64,000 nt of DNA from Eledone cirrhosa. Lineage: Eukaryota. The position numbers and the translations under genes are program-made. The notes under the pieces were generated by a model that did no database searches, had not been told where the DNA came from, and saw nothing but the letters and a program-made list of their open reading frames with translations. Below are positions 51,045-64,000 of this stretch, piece after piece. Position 1 is the first letter of the stretch. Each line of letters begins with the position of its first letter. The stretch lies in assembly GCA_964016885.1 (NCBI GenBank), contig OZ024740.1, forward strand, positions 110,112,001 to 110,176,000. Direction: 5' to 3'.

Positions 51045-51224
51045 ATTAACACTTAGAATTTAATATTCTATCATACTATTTCATTATAATACCATATTAT
51101 ATATATTTTAAAGGATTGTAAATAAAACGAGTAAATCAGACAAAGTTGGAATTCCTCTTATTAATATAATCTTCTATACACAATCATACACACCCGTGTA
51201 TATTTACCTATCTATATCTATATA

Positions 51225-52323
51225 TATGTAAGCTAACTAAGAACATAGATTTTACATGTGGCCGGTGCTCTGGTGCAATAAGTAGCAGCAAGTGCCCACA
51301 AAATACTAGCTCCTTCAACTGCGCAGAGGGTTCTATAGAAATAGTGGACAGCTTCCGTTACCTGGGTGACAAAATCAGCAGTGGGGGAGGGTGCTCTGAA
51401 AGTACAGTAGCTAGAGTCAGAACTGGATGGAAAAAGTTCAGAGAGCTTATACCACTATTAGCCGCTAGAGGGTTCTCCCTAAAAATGAAAGGCAGGTTAT
51501 ACGATGCCTGCATACGAACAGCAATGCTGCATGGCAGTGAGACCTGGGCATTGTGTGCAGAGGATATACGCAGACTAGAGAGGAACGAAGCTTGCATGCT
51601 CCGCTGGATGTGCAATAGTAATATACGTGAACGGCAAAGCATAAACGAACTAAGGAAAAAATTAGAAATAAGAGGGATCAGATGTTGTTTACTCGAGAGA
51701 AGGCTACGTTGGTACGGTCACGTGATGCGCATGAAAGACGACAGCTGTATAACAAAGTGCAGGGCAATAAAGATAGACGGTAGCCACGGAGTAGGCAGAC
51801 CCAGAAAAACATGGGACGAGCTGATAAATTCCGACCTCACACGCTTACACCTCTCCAAGACAATGTCACTGGACCGAGACCTTTGGCGGTACTCAGTAAT
51901 AGAGAAGACCCGCCTTACCTAAATACAAAGTAAAAACCTACTACAGTCAGTAGGCATCTGTATCAAAACACACCCCCGTCCCACCACCTCCGCCTCATCC
52001 ACACCGCCCCTTTCAATGTAAAGTTATGTTGGTCCCACAACATCCAGGCCGAAACAAATGAGATCGTGTAGGTGTCACGACAAAAAAACACACAGTCCAC
52101 GCTGTAAATGTGGCCGTGTAGGCAACACGGTAAAAACCTCCCAGCCCCACACTGTAAATGTGGTTGGTGTTAGGAAGGGCATCCAACTGTAGAAAACCCG
52201 CCAGACAGTCCTATGCGAGCAAGACAACCACTCTTGCCTCAAGTGGGAAAACCCCCGTCCAAACCCATGCAAGCGTGGAACACGGACGCTAAACCTGATG
52301 ATGATGATGATGATGATGATGAT
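51225..52323 (+). mobile_element. RTE-clade LINE 3' end with 3' UTR and (GAT)n tail
   Basis: ORF 51344-51922: SFRYLGD...KGRLYDACIRTAMLHGSETW...RRLRWYGHVMRM...GRPRKTW. (GAT)n tail at 52297-52323. Confidence 0.9.
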
Positions 52324-53111
52324 CAAACAGAAGGTTATTTGTTATTAATATACACAGTATCTCAATGAAAAGATCGCTAAAATATATTTAATTCTGAGAA
52401 ACGCATACATACAGAATAACTTATGCAAAGTGAACGATTGGTAAATTCATAGTAAAGTAACCTAAAATAAGAAAGTTTCACTATCCCTGCTAACTAGCCC
52501 AAATAAGGAGGCACTCCATTAGGATTATACCACATACCTATACCTACTTTCTACGAAACAAGCATTGAGCACTACCCAGTTATATATGATCTTCATGGTC
52601 TCCAAACCGCGAATACTTCATATGTATATACCAAAAAATAAGAAGAAAAAGAAAATGTGTTGGAAATCCAAAGAATATTATGCGAAATCATGCGAAGAAC
52701 CAATAATTTCATTCCCCCTTTCATCTTGTCATATCTCAATAAAAGACAGATGATGGTAAAGTTAGATGAGAGTGGGGCTAGTGGAGGGTATCAACCCCTT
52801 CACCGAATGAAATCCCATTCCTGATGTACATGATTAAACCCCCAACTCCCCAATCTCTTAAAAAAAACCCACAAAACGAAAACCCCCTCAAAGCACCCTC
52901 CCCCAAACCCGCCAAATGTATGGCTGAGGAGGAAGATGATAGGGTGGGGCAGATGGAATGACAATTCTTAGTGCACTCTCTAACCCCGGAATTTCCAATA
53001 AAGAGGAAACGACACTTTTTATTTTGTTTTTGTATTTGTATCACCTCTTTCGTACTTCTTGTTGACATGGTGACTATTATGTACGAGAGTAGCCATCTTG
53101 TTTATATTTCT

Positions 53112-53399
53112 ATAGTTGGTGTTGTAGTTGGTACTGTTATGGTTGTTGGTGGTGTTGTTGTAGTTAGTACTGTTGTTGTTGTTGATGTTGTTGTTGTTGG
53201 TGGTGGTGGTGTTGTAGTTAGTACTGTTGTTGTTGGTGTTGTTGTTGTTGGTGGTGGTGGTGGTGTTGTAGTTAGTACTGTTGTTGTTGTTGGTGTTGTT
53301 GTGGTGGTGGTGGTGTTGTAGTTAGTACTGTTGTTGTTGTTGATGGTGGTGGTGTTGTAGTTAGTACTGTTGTTGTTGTTGTTGTTGTTGTTGTCGTCG

Positions 53400-53440
<41 letters not shown>

Positions 53441-53493
53441 AGTACTGTTGTTGTTGTTGTTATTGGTGGTGGTGGTGGTGTTGTAGTTAGTAC

Positions 53494-53556
<63 letters not shown>

Positions 53557-53565
53557 AGTTAGTAC

Positions 53566-53602
<37 letters not shown>

Positions 53603-53709
53603 GGTGTTGTTGTAGTTAGTACTGTTGTTGTTGTTGTTGTTGGTGGTGATGATGTTGTAGTTGTTGTTGTTGTTGGTGGTGGTGTTGTAGTTAGTACTGT
53701 TGTTGTTGC

Positions 53710-53782
<73 letters not shown>

Positions 53783-54116
53783 GTTGTTGTAGTTGTTGTT
53801 GTTGTTGGTGGTGGTGTTGTAGTTAGTACTGTTGTTGTTGTTGTTGTTGTTGTTGGTGGTGTTGTTGTAGTTAGTACTGTTGTTGTTGTTGTTGTTGTTG
53901 GTGGTGTTGTTGTAGTTGTTGTTGTTGTTGTTGGTGGTGTTGTTGGTGGTGGTGTTGTAGTTAGTACTGTTGTTGGTGGTGGTGTTGTTGTTGTAGCTAG
54001 TACTGTTGTTGTTGTTGTTGTAGTTAGTACTGTTGTTGTTGTTGTGTTGTAGTTAGTACTGTTGTTGTTGTTGTTGTTGTAGTTAGTACTGTTGTTGTTG
54101 CTGTTGGTGGTGGTGG

Positions 54117-54150
<34 letters not shown>

Positions 54151-54500
54151 GGTTGTTGTTGTTGGTGGTGTTGTAGTTAGTACTGTTGTTGGTGGTGGTG
54201 TTGTTGTTGTAGTTAGTACTGTTGTTGTTGTTGTTGTTGTTGGTGGTGGTGGTGCTGGTGGTGGTGGTGGTGGTGGTGTTGTAGTTAGTACTGTTGTTGG
54301 TGTTGTTGTTGTTGTTGGTGGTGTGGTGGTGTTGGTGTTGTAGTTAGTACTGTTGTTGGTGTTGTTGTTGTTGGTGTTGTTGTTGGTGGTGGTGGTGGTG
54401 GTATTGTAGATAGTACTGTTGTTGGTGTTGTTACTGCTTTTTCTACCGTTATTGGTCTTACTGACTCGTTGTTGTTGTTGTTACTGTTGTTGTAACTGTT
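53112..54500. repeat. Compound (GTT/GGT)n repeat punctuated by GTAGTTAGTACT
   Basis: More than 20 recurrences of gtagttagtact separated by GTT/GGT runs of variable length. Confidence 0.95.
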
Positions 54501-54639
54501 TATAGTAGTTTAATCATATAAAGGTATTCTCAAAACACCCCTCTACACCCCCCCCCCACACACCGATGTTGATGGAATTAGGAATACATGATACATTGCC
54601 TTCACATGTGACATATCTCATAGTTTTACTTGACTTGGT

Positions 54640-54742
54640 ATATATACATACATGCATACACACATAGATACATACATGCATACATACATAATTCATACAT
54701 ACACATATACATACATCTATATTTATATGTATACACACACAC

Positions 54743-54782
<40 letters not shown>

Positions 54783-54800
54783 TGTATATATATATACATG

Positions 54801-54839
<39 letters not shown>

Positions 54840-54938
54840 GTATGTATATATATGTATGTATGTATATATATGTATGTATGTATATATATATATATATATG
54901 TATGTATATATATATATGTATGTATATATATATTTATA

Positions 54939-54998
<60 letters not shown>

Positions 54999-55045
54999 TG
55001 CATACACCGTACACACATATATTCATACACATTCCATATATATAA
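54640..55045. repeat. (TA)n/(TATG)n microsatellite
   Basis: Directly visible. Confidence 0.95.
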
Positions 55046-55119
55046 TAGACACGTAAATTAAGAGTTGTGGTTGGAAACACCATATTGGTAGTACGGAACT
55101 ATTTCGAACCACCACGTCC

Positions 55120-55783
55120 TCACCCCACCACATCCTCCTCCTCCTCCTCCTCCTCCTCCTCCTCCTCCTCCACATCCTCCTCCTCCTCCTCCTCCTCCTC
55201 CCCCTCCTCTCCTCCCACCTTATTCTTCTTGACATCGTTAAAACATTAACATGAAACATGAAATGTATAAAGAGAAATAGGTGGGAGAGAGGAGATAGAG
55301 GAGAGAGAGAATGGGAGAGAGGAAGAAGGAGAGAGAGGGAGAGAGAGAAGGAGGGAGAGAAGGAGGGAGAGAAGGAGAGGGAAGTGGAGAGGCAGAAGAG
55401 GAGAGAGGGTGAGTGTGTGATAGATAGATAGAGAGAGAGAGAGAGAGAAGGAGAGAGAGAAAAGGAGAGAGAGAATGAAAGGAGATAGAGGAGAGAGAGA
55501 GAAGGGGAGAGAGCGAGAAGTAGAGAGAGGGAGAGAGAGAAGGAGGGAGAGAGGGAGAGGGAAGTGGAGAGGCAGAAGAGGAGAGAGAGTGTGTGTGTGA
55601 TAGAGAGTGTGTGTGTGATAGAGAGAGAGAAGGAGAGAGAGAGAATGAAAGGTGATAGAGGTGAGAGAGGGAAGTGGTGAGGGAGAACGGGAGAGAAGGA
55701 GGGAGAAGGGGAGAGGGAGAGAGAGAAGGAGGGAGAGAAGGAGAGGGAAGTGGAGATGCAGAAGAGGAGAGAGAGTGTGTGTG

Positions 55784-55835
<52 letters not shown>
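55120..55835. repeat. (CCT)n tract followed by a GA-rich polypurine repeat
   Basis: (CCT)n at 55135-55205. Purine tract 55270-55835 with three copies of gagagggaagtggaga.gcagaagaggagagag.gtg.gtgtg (~180-190 bp period). Confidence 0.9.
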
Positions 55836-55840
<5 letters not shown>

Positions 55841-56184
55841 AACTTGTTTTCGGTTCGTAATATTCCCATGAGGCGTGGTCGATTAAAAAAAAAAAGGTGG
55901 TGGGAGCGACCAATTATACAGATTGTTTCACCCAGTAATCAGTCGACTGAGTTAATCGATGAAGCCTATCGTTTGACCGTTGCCTTTTGTTTGTCTTGAG
56001 TTGACCGCTGTTTGATGGTGTTCGTCAGCTGGTCATTGACAATGCTCTCCCCTTTCAACTACACGTGACAATGTTGTATAGCATTGTGTTTAAAATGGCG
56101 CTAGATCAAAAGCAGCTAGGATAAAACTAATTTAACATAAACGATATCTCATTTCGGGAACAAGAAGGCGAACTCATACATGTA

Positions 56185-56590
56185 CATAATTACATACATA
56201 CATGCATACATACATACATACATGGTGGCTGCCAACTCGTTTTCGAGTACGGCCACTACTTTATATCCATGTAGGAGAACCCCTACCGATGCGCTGAACG
56301 AGTGTGACTTTTTAGCCCAGCCAGCGACTTGAAAACTCTGGCACAAACACTACACTTGTGACATGTGATGACAAGTGCAGAGAGATCTCCAGATATAAAG
56401 CAATGCCTGTGCCGTGAAACTTTTATAGTGAGCAAAGGCACTGCACAAAGCCAGTCCCACTCTCTTAACCAAGATGATATTTACCAAAAAGAAGAACAAG
56501 TCAACATCATTGGATACCATCAGGGTTGCAGGTGTTATATAAGAGTTTTCCTTCTCCTAGAATTCTGCCTTGACAAAGGCTAAGGGGTCA
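56185..56590 (-). mobile_element. 3' end of an RTE (BovB-like) LINE
   Basis: Zinc finger CSVCARVFKSLAGLKSHTRSAH*, followed by ggccgtactcgaaaacgagttggcagccacc(atgt)n tail. Confidence 0.7.
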
Positions 56591-56614
56591 TCTCTCCCGG
56601 TGATTTTGGATGGC

Positions 56615-59040
<2,426 letters not shown>

Positions 59041-59213
59041 TTACAATGGCACGATGACGAGCGGGCCCAGGTTGTGATAACCTGGGGCCCCTGCCCTTAT
59101 TGCCAATTATCTTTTTTGTTCCAGAACCTAAATTGCCAATTATCTCTTTTATATTGTTCTGGAACATCATTGAATTGGAAAAAAAAAAAAAAAAAAGTAA
59201 TAATAATAGTAAC

Positions 59214-59262
<49 letters not shown>

Positions 59263-59507
59263 TTTTCTTTATTAACCACAAGGGTTTACATAAAGTAGAC
59301 ATTAAGGACAGTACAGGACAATACAGGACGGTACAAATGGGCATTTCTGCGTGTAAAAAAAAACAGAGGATGAAATAAAATAACAAAGAAAAAATTCCCC
59401 AATAGGGGGGAGACTTCCGAGGGACATTTGTGGAGAAAGCCCATTAAAAGATCACAGTGGCCCTGACCACCAGGGCAAGTGCCCTCTCCCAGTTTTCCAC
59501 CTTTAAT

Positions 59508-62500
59508 TTACAGACACATACTCAGAGAAGGCCCATTCATTCGGGCCATACTTGCTTCTCTCACCCATCTTTCAACAAAATGCTGGGAAGAGAGCACTTC
59601 CCTCTCTACCCTGATTTTCCTTTTCAAATGAAATTTGAAAAAGTTAATCAGGGCATCACCGAAGAGGTAAGTGCTCGTCTTCAGCCCTTTCAAACGTGTC
59701 CACCATACTATCTCTTTCGCCATGGCCACCAGACAGATAAAAACTGCCTGCCCTTCCCGGCTAAAGGAAGAGGGCGGGCCAATCCTCACGATGGACTCAG
59801 CTGATAGCTGGATCCGTCCTACACGTGACAGCAGGTGTTCGACATAAACCCACAAGTCAGCAATGCTCGGACACTGGACGAGTGCGTGCAGGACGGTTTC
59901 GTCGCCCTGTGCGCATCTCGGACATCCCGGCTGACGGCACCTCCATGCCTGTAAAGTTTATCCCGAACTGGCAAAGCACCCCGGTAGCACTGCCAGGCCA
60001 GGGATTTCTGGAAGTTGTCCATAGGCCCCGGCCCGAAAGTCCTTCCGAAGAGATTGGCTAGTTGATTTTCGTCGACGCCTTGAGTTTCTCCAAGTACGTC
60101 GTCGCTCTTCCCCTCCACTAATCCCCTATAGAACGCCAAGGTGGAGTTTCCACCGATCACATTGCCCGATTGGTCGAGGGCTGTGAGCGCCTGAAGACAT
60201 TCCAGTCTCCAAGCGCTCCCTCTCGGTCTTCGCTTGACCCAGGACTGCAGCTCCGTCAAGGAGACGAGCTGGGGAAAAACGTGTCTAGCAAACGGCGACC
60301 ACACCTGATCACCGTCGAGGAAGAGGTGGAGATGTCGTAGCCTGAGCGCGTGTCTGCGCATCATCAGCCACGGCATGCCCAGCCCTCCACGTAGCGGGTG
60401 TTGACAGCAGATGGACCTCCCACAAGCGCGTCCCTTCCACAATAAGCGAAAGAGCAAACGGTCCAGCGCAGTCAGGCGGGGCTTAGGACAAGGTACGACG
60501 GTCAAGCGGTAGTCGATGACGGACGCGATGTACGCGTTAGCCACCTCCGCTCGACCTTTCAGGGATAGCTTCCTCTCGGCCCATTTCTGGGTGAGAGAAG
60601 CCACCCTGCTCGTCACCTCGCCCCAGTTTTTGTCCGTCTGGAGGTCCGGACCGAACCAGAGCCCTAGCAATTTAACCGGTCCGTCCGTCCAGCGCCCGAC
60701 GACGCTGTTGGACGGCATGGACCTGCTTCTCCAGGTGCCGAGCTGCAGGCCCACTGACTTTTCCTGGTTGATCATTGCTCCTGTCACCGCTTCGTATTCT
60801 CTTACTGTAGTGCCGATTGCTTCGATGTGTTTGGCGTTCGACACCACTACGGTGACATCGTCGGCATATGCTGACACGAATCTTCCGCATCCTAGTTCGC
60901 GCAGGACCCCCCTCAACGTCTCCAGTTTGTGCAGTAATGGCTCGAGAGTCAATACGTACAATAGGGACGAGAGGGGACATCCTTGGCGGACCGAGCGCAT
61001 GATGTTGAACGGTTCCGAAAGGTGACCGTTCACTCTCACTACAGAGCAGATGTCGCTGTGCATGGCAGCGATCCAGCCTCTGAAGACGGGCCCAAAGCCA
61101 GCCGCCCTCAGGACTGCCGCTAGGTAACGATGGTCGACCCTATTGAAGGCTTTCGACTGATCTAAATTGATCAAAGACCCACCCGTGCCAGGTTCCCTAG
61201 CTACCCTCTCTACGATGTATCGCATGAGGTGGAGGTTGTCGTGGATGGATCTGTCGGGAATGGCGCATGTCTGTGCCTCTCCCACCATACCACCAACGAC
61301 AAGCGCCAACCTCTTTGCTAGCACCTTGGCCAAAATCTTGAACTCTGTGTTTAGCAGAGTTATGGGCCGGAAATTATCTATGTTATCCCCCTTGTTCGGA
61401 TCCTTTCTCAGCAGCGCCACCGCTCCTCGGCTCACAGAGCTGGGAATTCTCCCGTTCTGTTGCCAGTTGCAGTAGACGTCCGCCAAGAGGCCTCCGAACA
61501 AGTCTGGCATCTGTACGTAAAGTTCATAGGGCAGACCATCCAAACCAGGCGATTTACCCCTTGTGCAGCCAGTCATTGCATCCCGTACTTCAGCGGTTGT
61601 TATCGGCTTTTCGCAACACTCCGCCTCAGTGGCCGACAGCCGCGGCAGTCCGTCGAGGTAGACACTAAAGTCCATCCCTCGATCCGGCCCGCCGCTGCCC
61701 CCGAACAGTTGAGCGAAGTGTCGCTGAAAAGCTTCACACATTTGCCCGGGATCGAGTAGCATGCGCCCGTCGTGGTCCACCAAAGACCGGATTGTGGCTT
61801 TGTTGCCACGACGCGCCTCCGCCACTCGGGCCTATTGAACGGCTTTCGTCCCCTCGTGTCTGAGAGCACGCACCCTAGCTCTGACAACGCAGCCTTCGTG
61901 CTTTGCATTGAAGAATTGGTCAAGGGCCAATTTCGCCGCAAGCACGTCGGTCGCGATGCCTTTGCTAAGCGCCTCATCTAATTTTCTAACTAATTCTCCC
62001 TCTGCTCTATTTTTCTCTATTGCTAAAGTCTTACTAAACCTAATGGACTCTATTCTAATTGCTCTTTTCAGAGCAAACCACCACTTGTTGTTGACGATGG
62101 CCCCCGTCAACGCCCGCTTAACTAGTTCGCTAATCCGGTCTCTGTAGGCCTTGCGCGCTGGTAAGGACGCGTTTAGCTTCCAGTAGCCGGGTCCTCGTCT
62201 ATGAAGCCTATCTAAGTCAAGCACACAGATCACGAATTTGTGGTCCGTGTAGCTGACTATCTTGAATTGTGGACAGCCTATGCTAGACCTATCTATTTCC
62301 CTACAAAATACTCTATCTAGATATGATCTGGATGACCCTATGCGTTCTGTCCAAGTCCACATTGGTACATTCGGGAAATCCATTCGGTACCTGTCAGACA
62401 GTTCAAAACGTCTGAGCAGGTTGGTGAGACTCTTGCACCCTCCTTCCCTATCCACTAATCCCACACAATCCCAGCGTGCATCTAAGATCCCGTTCCAGTC

Positions 62501-62938
62501 ACCCACTAACACTAAAGAGCGGGACGTTCCAAGAAAGGTCTCCAGACGCCGGAAGAAATCAGGCTGCCCTGCTCCTGTCGGGGCATAGACGGCCACTAAC
62601 CTGAAAGCTTGCCCGTCTCCGCTGGTCACGTCCAGCACCACCAACTTACCTTCTGGGTCCAGGAAGATGGCCCGTATGGCAAGATCCAACCTCTCTGAAA
62701 AAGCACAGCAACTCCTCCCCCCGATCCCGGACGGCTGGGAGATGCGTACACATCGTAGCCGCCGAAGATCGGTGCGAAAGCCTGTGCTTCGGAGATTCTG
62801 GTCTCGCTGATGGCCACTACATCTATGTTTAGTGACCTGAGGTCGTTGAGCAGGTGGCCCTGCTTCCATGACGACCCCAAGCCACGCGCATTTATGCTGC
62901 CTATTCTGAAAAGGAGTGGAAAAGATGGGAAAGACCAC
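59508..62938 (-). pseudogene. L1/Tx1 ORF2 (APE-RT-Zn) with few disruptions
   Basis: ORF segments 62626-62880, 61832-62700, 59819-61825 and 59508-59855. One in-frame TAG at 61832-61834 and frameshifts near 62700 and 59900. Confidence 0.9.
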
Positions 62939-64000
62939 TTACCTTACTTCTCGTAGGGGAAGGACGGTTTTACCATCCTTTTCACTGCTTGTAGCCTCCT
63001 CAGGAAGGATGTCCTTATAAATCCTCCTGGAGAGTGCTTGTCGGAAGTCTCCGATGTCTTTGGGGAATTTTTGTTTTAGTGTCATGTACGTTTTCTGTGT
63101 GATGCGAGTGATTTGTATGTGTGGAGGTGGTGTGAATTTTGGGGTTGTTGTGTAGTCTTTTTCTGTGATGCTGGTGTTGTGTTGGATGTAGTGTAATAAT
63201 TGCTTGTTGTTCAAATTTAATGCTGTGTAGTGTGTATCGTTTTGGTTGTTTTGTTTTGTTTGCGTTTGTTGTGGGTTTGTTTCTGTTTCGCATTTTGGTG
63301 ACTTTTGTGGTGTAGGTGATGGTGGTGTTGGGGTTAATGATGGTGATAGTGTTGGTGTTTGGGTTGATGGGGTTGGTGATGCTGGTGTGGATGGTGGCAT
63401 ATCTGTCCCAACTTTTTTGTTTGTTAATTTATTTGTTTCCCTCTGTATTTTGTTTTTGGAGGGGGAAGGAAGAGAATTTTTTCATTTTTGGTTTCTTTTT
63501 TTTTTCCGGATATCGTTTCCCACTCCTCGTCGTCACAATCTGTCTCCAGTTGTGATAGGCCGAGGAGTGGAAAATCCTCCACAGGCGTTAGTTTTGGTTG
63601 TGGCGTGGTGGATGGTGTAGGCGCTGGTGCTAGTTCTGAAGCGTTGGGTGGTGGTGGTGTTGTTTTGCTGGTGGTGGTGGTGTTGGTTTTGCTACTGTTG
63701 CTGGGGTTGTTGCTGTTATAGTTGCTTCTGTTGTTGCTGCTACAGTTGTTGCTGCCATCTCTGCTACTGGTGGTGTTGATGGTTGTGTCACTGGAGTGGG
63801 TAGGAGAGGTGGCCTCAACCTTTTAGCCTGAGGGCAGAAAGCCCTTAGGTGGGTTCCTTCACCACAAACGACACACCTAGGTCTTCTGCCCTCGACAATT
63901 ACCGTGAGGTGGCTGCCGTCAGTGAGGTCTATTACCTCTGGGATCTCCTCAATGCTTTTTTGGTCTGCTTGGATCAGGAGCACCATCCCAGATCCGGACC
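62939..64000 (-). pseudogene. L1/Tx1 ORF1 (gag-like, frameshifted)
   Basis: VIVEGRRPRCVVCGEGTHLRAFCP followed by low-complexity P/T/K segments, ending TAA at 62939. Confidence 0.8.

Larger units (their letters stand above)
48837..51168 (-). mobile_element. 5'-truncated Penelope-like retroelement with ~475-bp inverted terminal repeats
   Basis: Near-identical inverted repeats 48837-49312 / 50691-51168 enclose RT and GIY-YIG coding sequence, next to a (TA)n tract. Confidence 0.92.
59198..64000 (-). mobile_element. L1/Tx1-clade LINE, near full length (5' end outside the window)
   Basis: ORF1 with zinc knuckle CVVCGEGTHLRAFC and a Pro/Thr-rich tail. ORF2 APE (INARGL, VAISETR, LVAVYAP, LVGDWN, SYLDR, YTDH) and RT (KSPGLDGLP, FRPITLLN, DQSKAFNRV, VRQGCPLS, AYADDV). 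AATAAA at 59268-59273 and an (ATT)n tail. Confidence 0.95.

Noticed and set aside
60516-62588. Several + strand ORFs
   Set aside because: Antisense shadows of the GC-rich L1 ORF2.

Overview
AT-rich eukaryotic genomic DNA, dense in microsatellites and transposons. The repeat landscape suggests an octopus or other coleoid cephalopod (inference). One host gene is supported: a minus-strand selenoprotein J / J1-crystallin (ADP-ribosylglycohydrolase-fold) family gene. Four coding exons (34546-34483, 6993-6817, 4199-4119, 92-<1) splice in frame through GT-AG phase-1 introns, and the gene runs off the window start. Its ~27.5 kb first intron holds a ~17.8 kb homogeneous tandem array of a 78/75-bp unit, roughly 230 copies. 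Each unit carries a perfect 9-bp hairpin and, on the antisense strand, donor, branch-point and acceptor-like motifs. The same intron holds a nested piggyBac-MITE > Helentron-like > Penelope insertion. Upstream of the gene is transposon debris: a second Penelope-like element whose inverted terminal repeats each contain a minimal hammerhead ribozyme, RTE, CRE-type and L1/Tx1 LINEs, two Gypsy pol relics, MITEs, SINEs and a complete 73-nt tRNA-like cloverleaf with an atypical GGC anticodon. All calls were made by eye, family names were not database-verified, and repeat boundaries are approximate.
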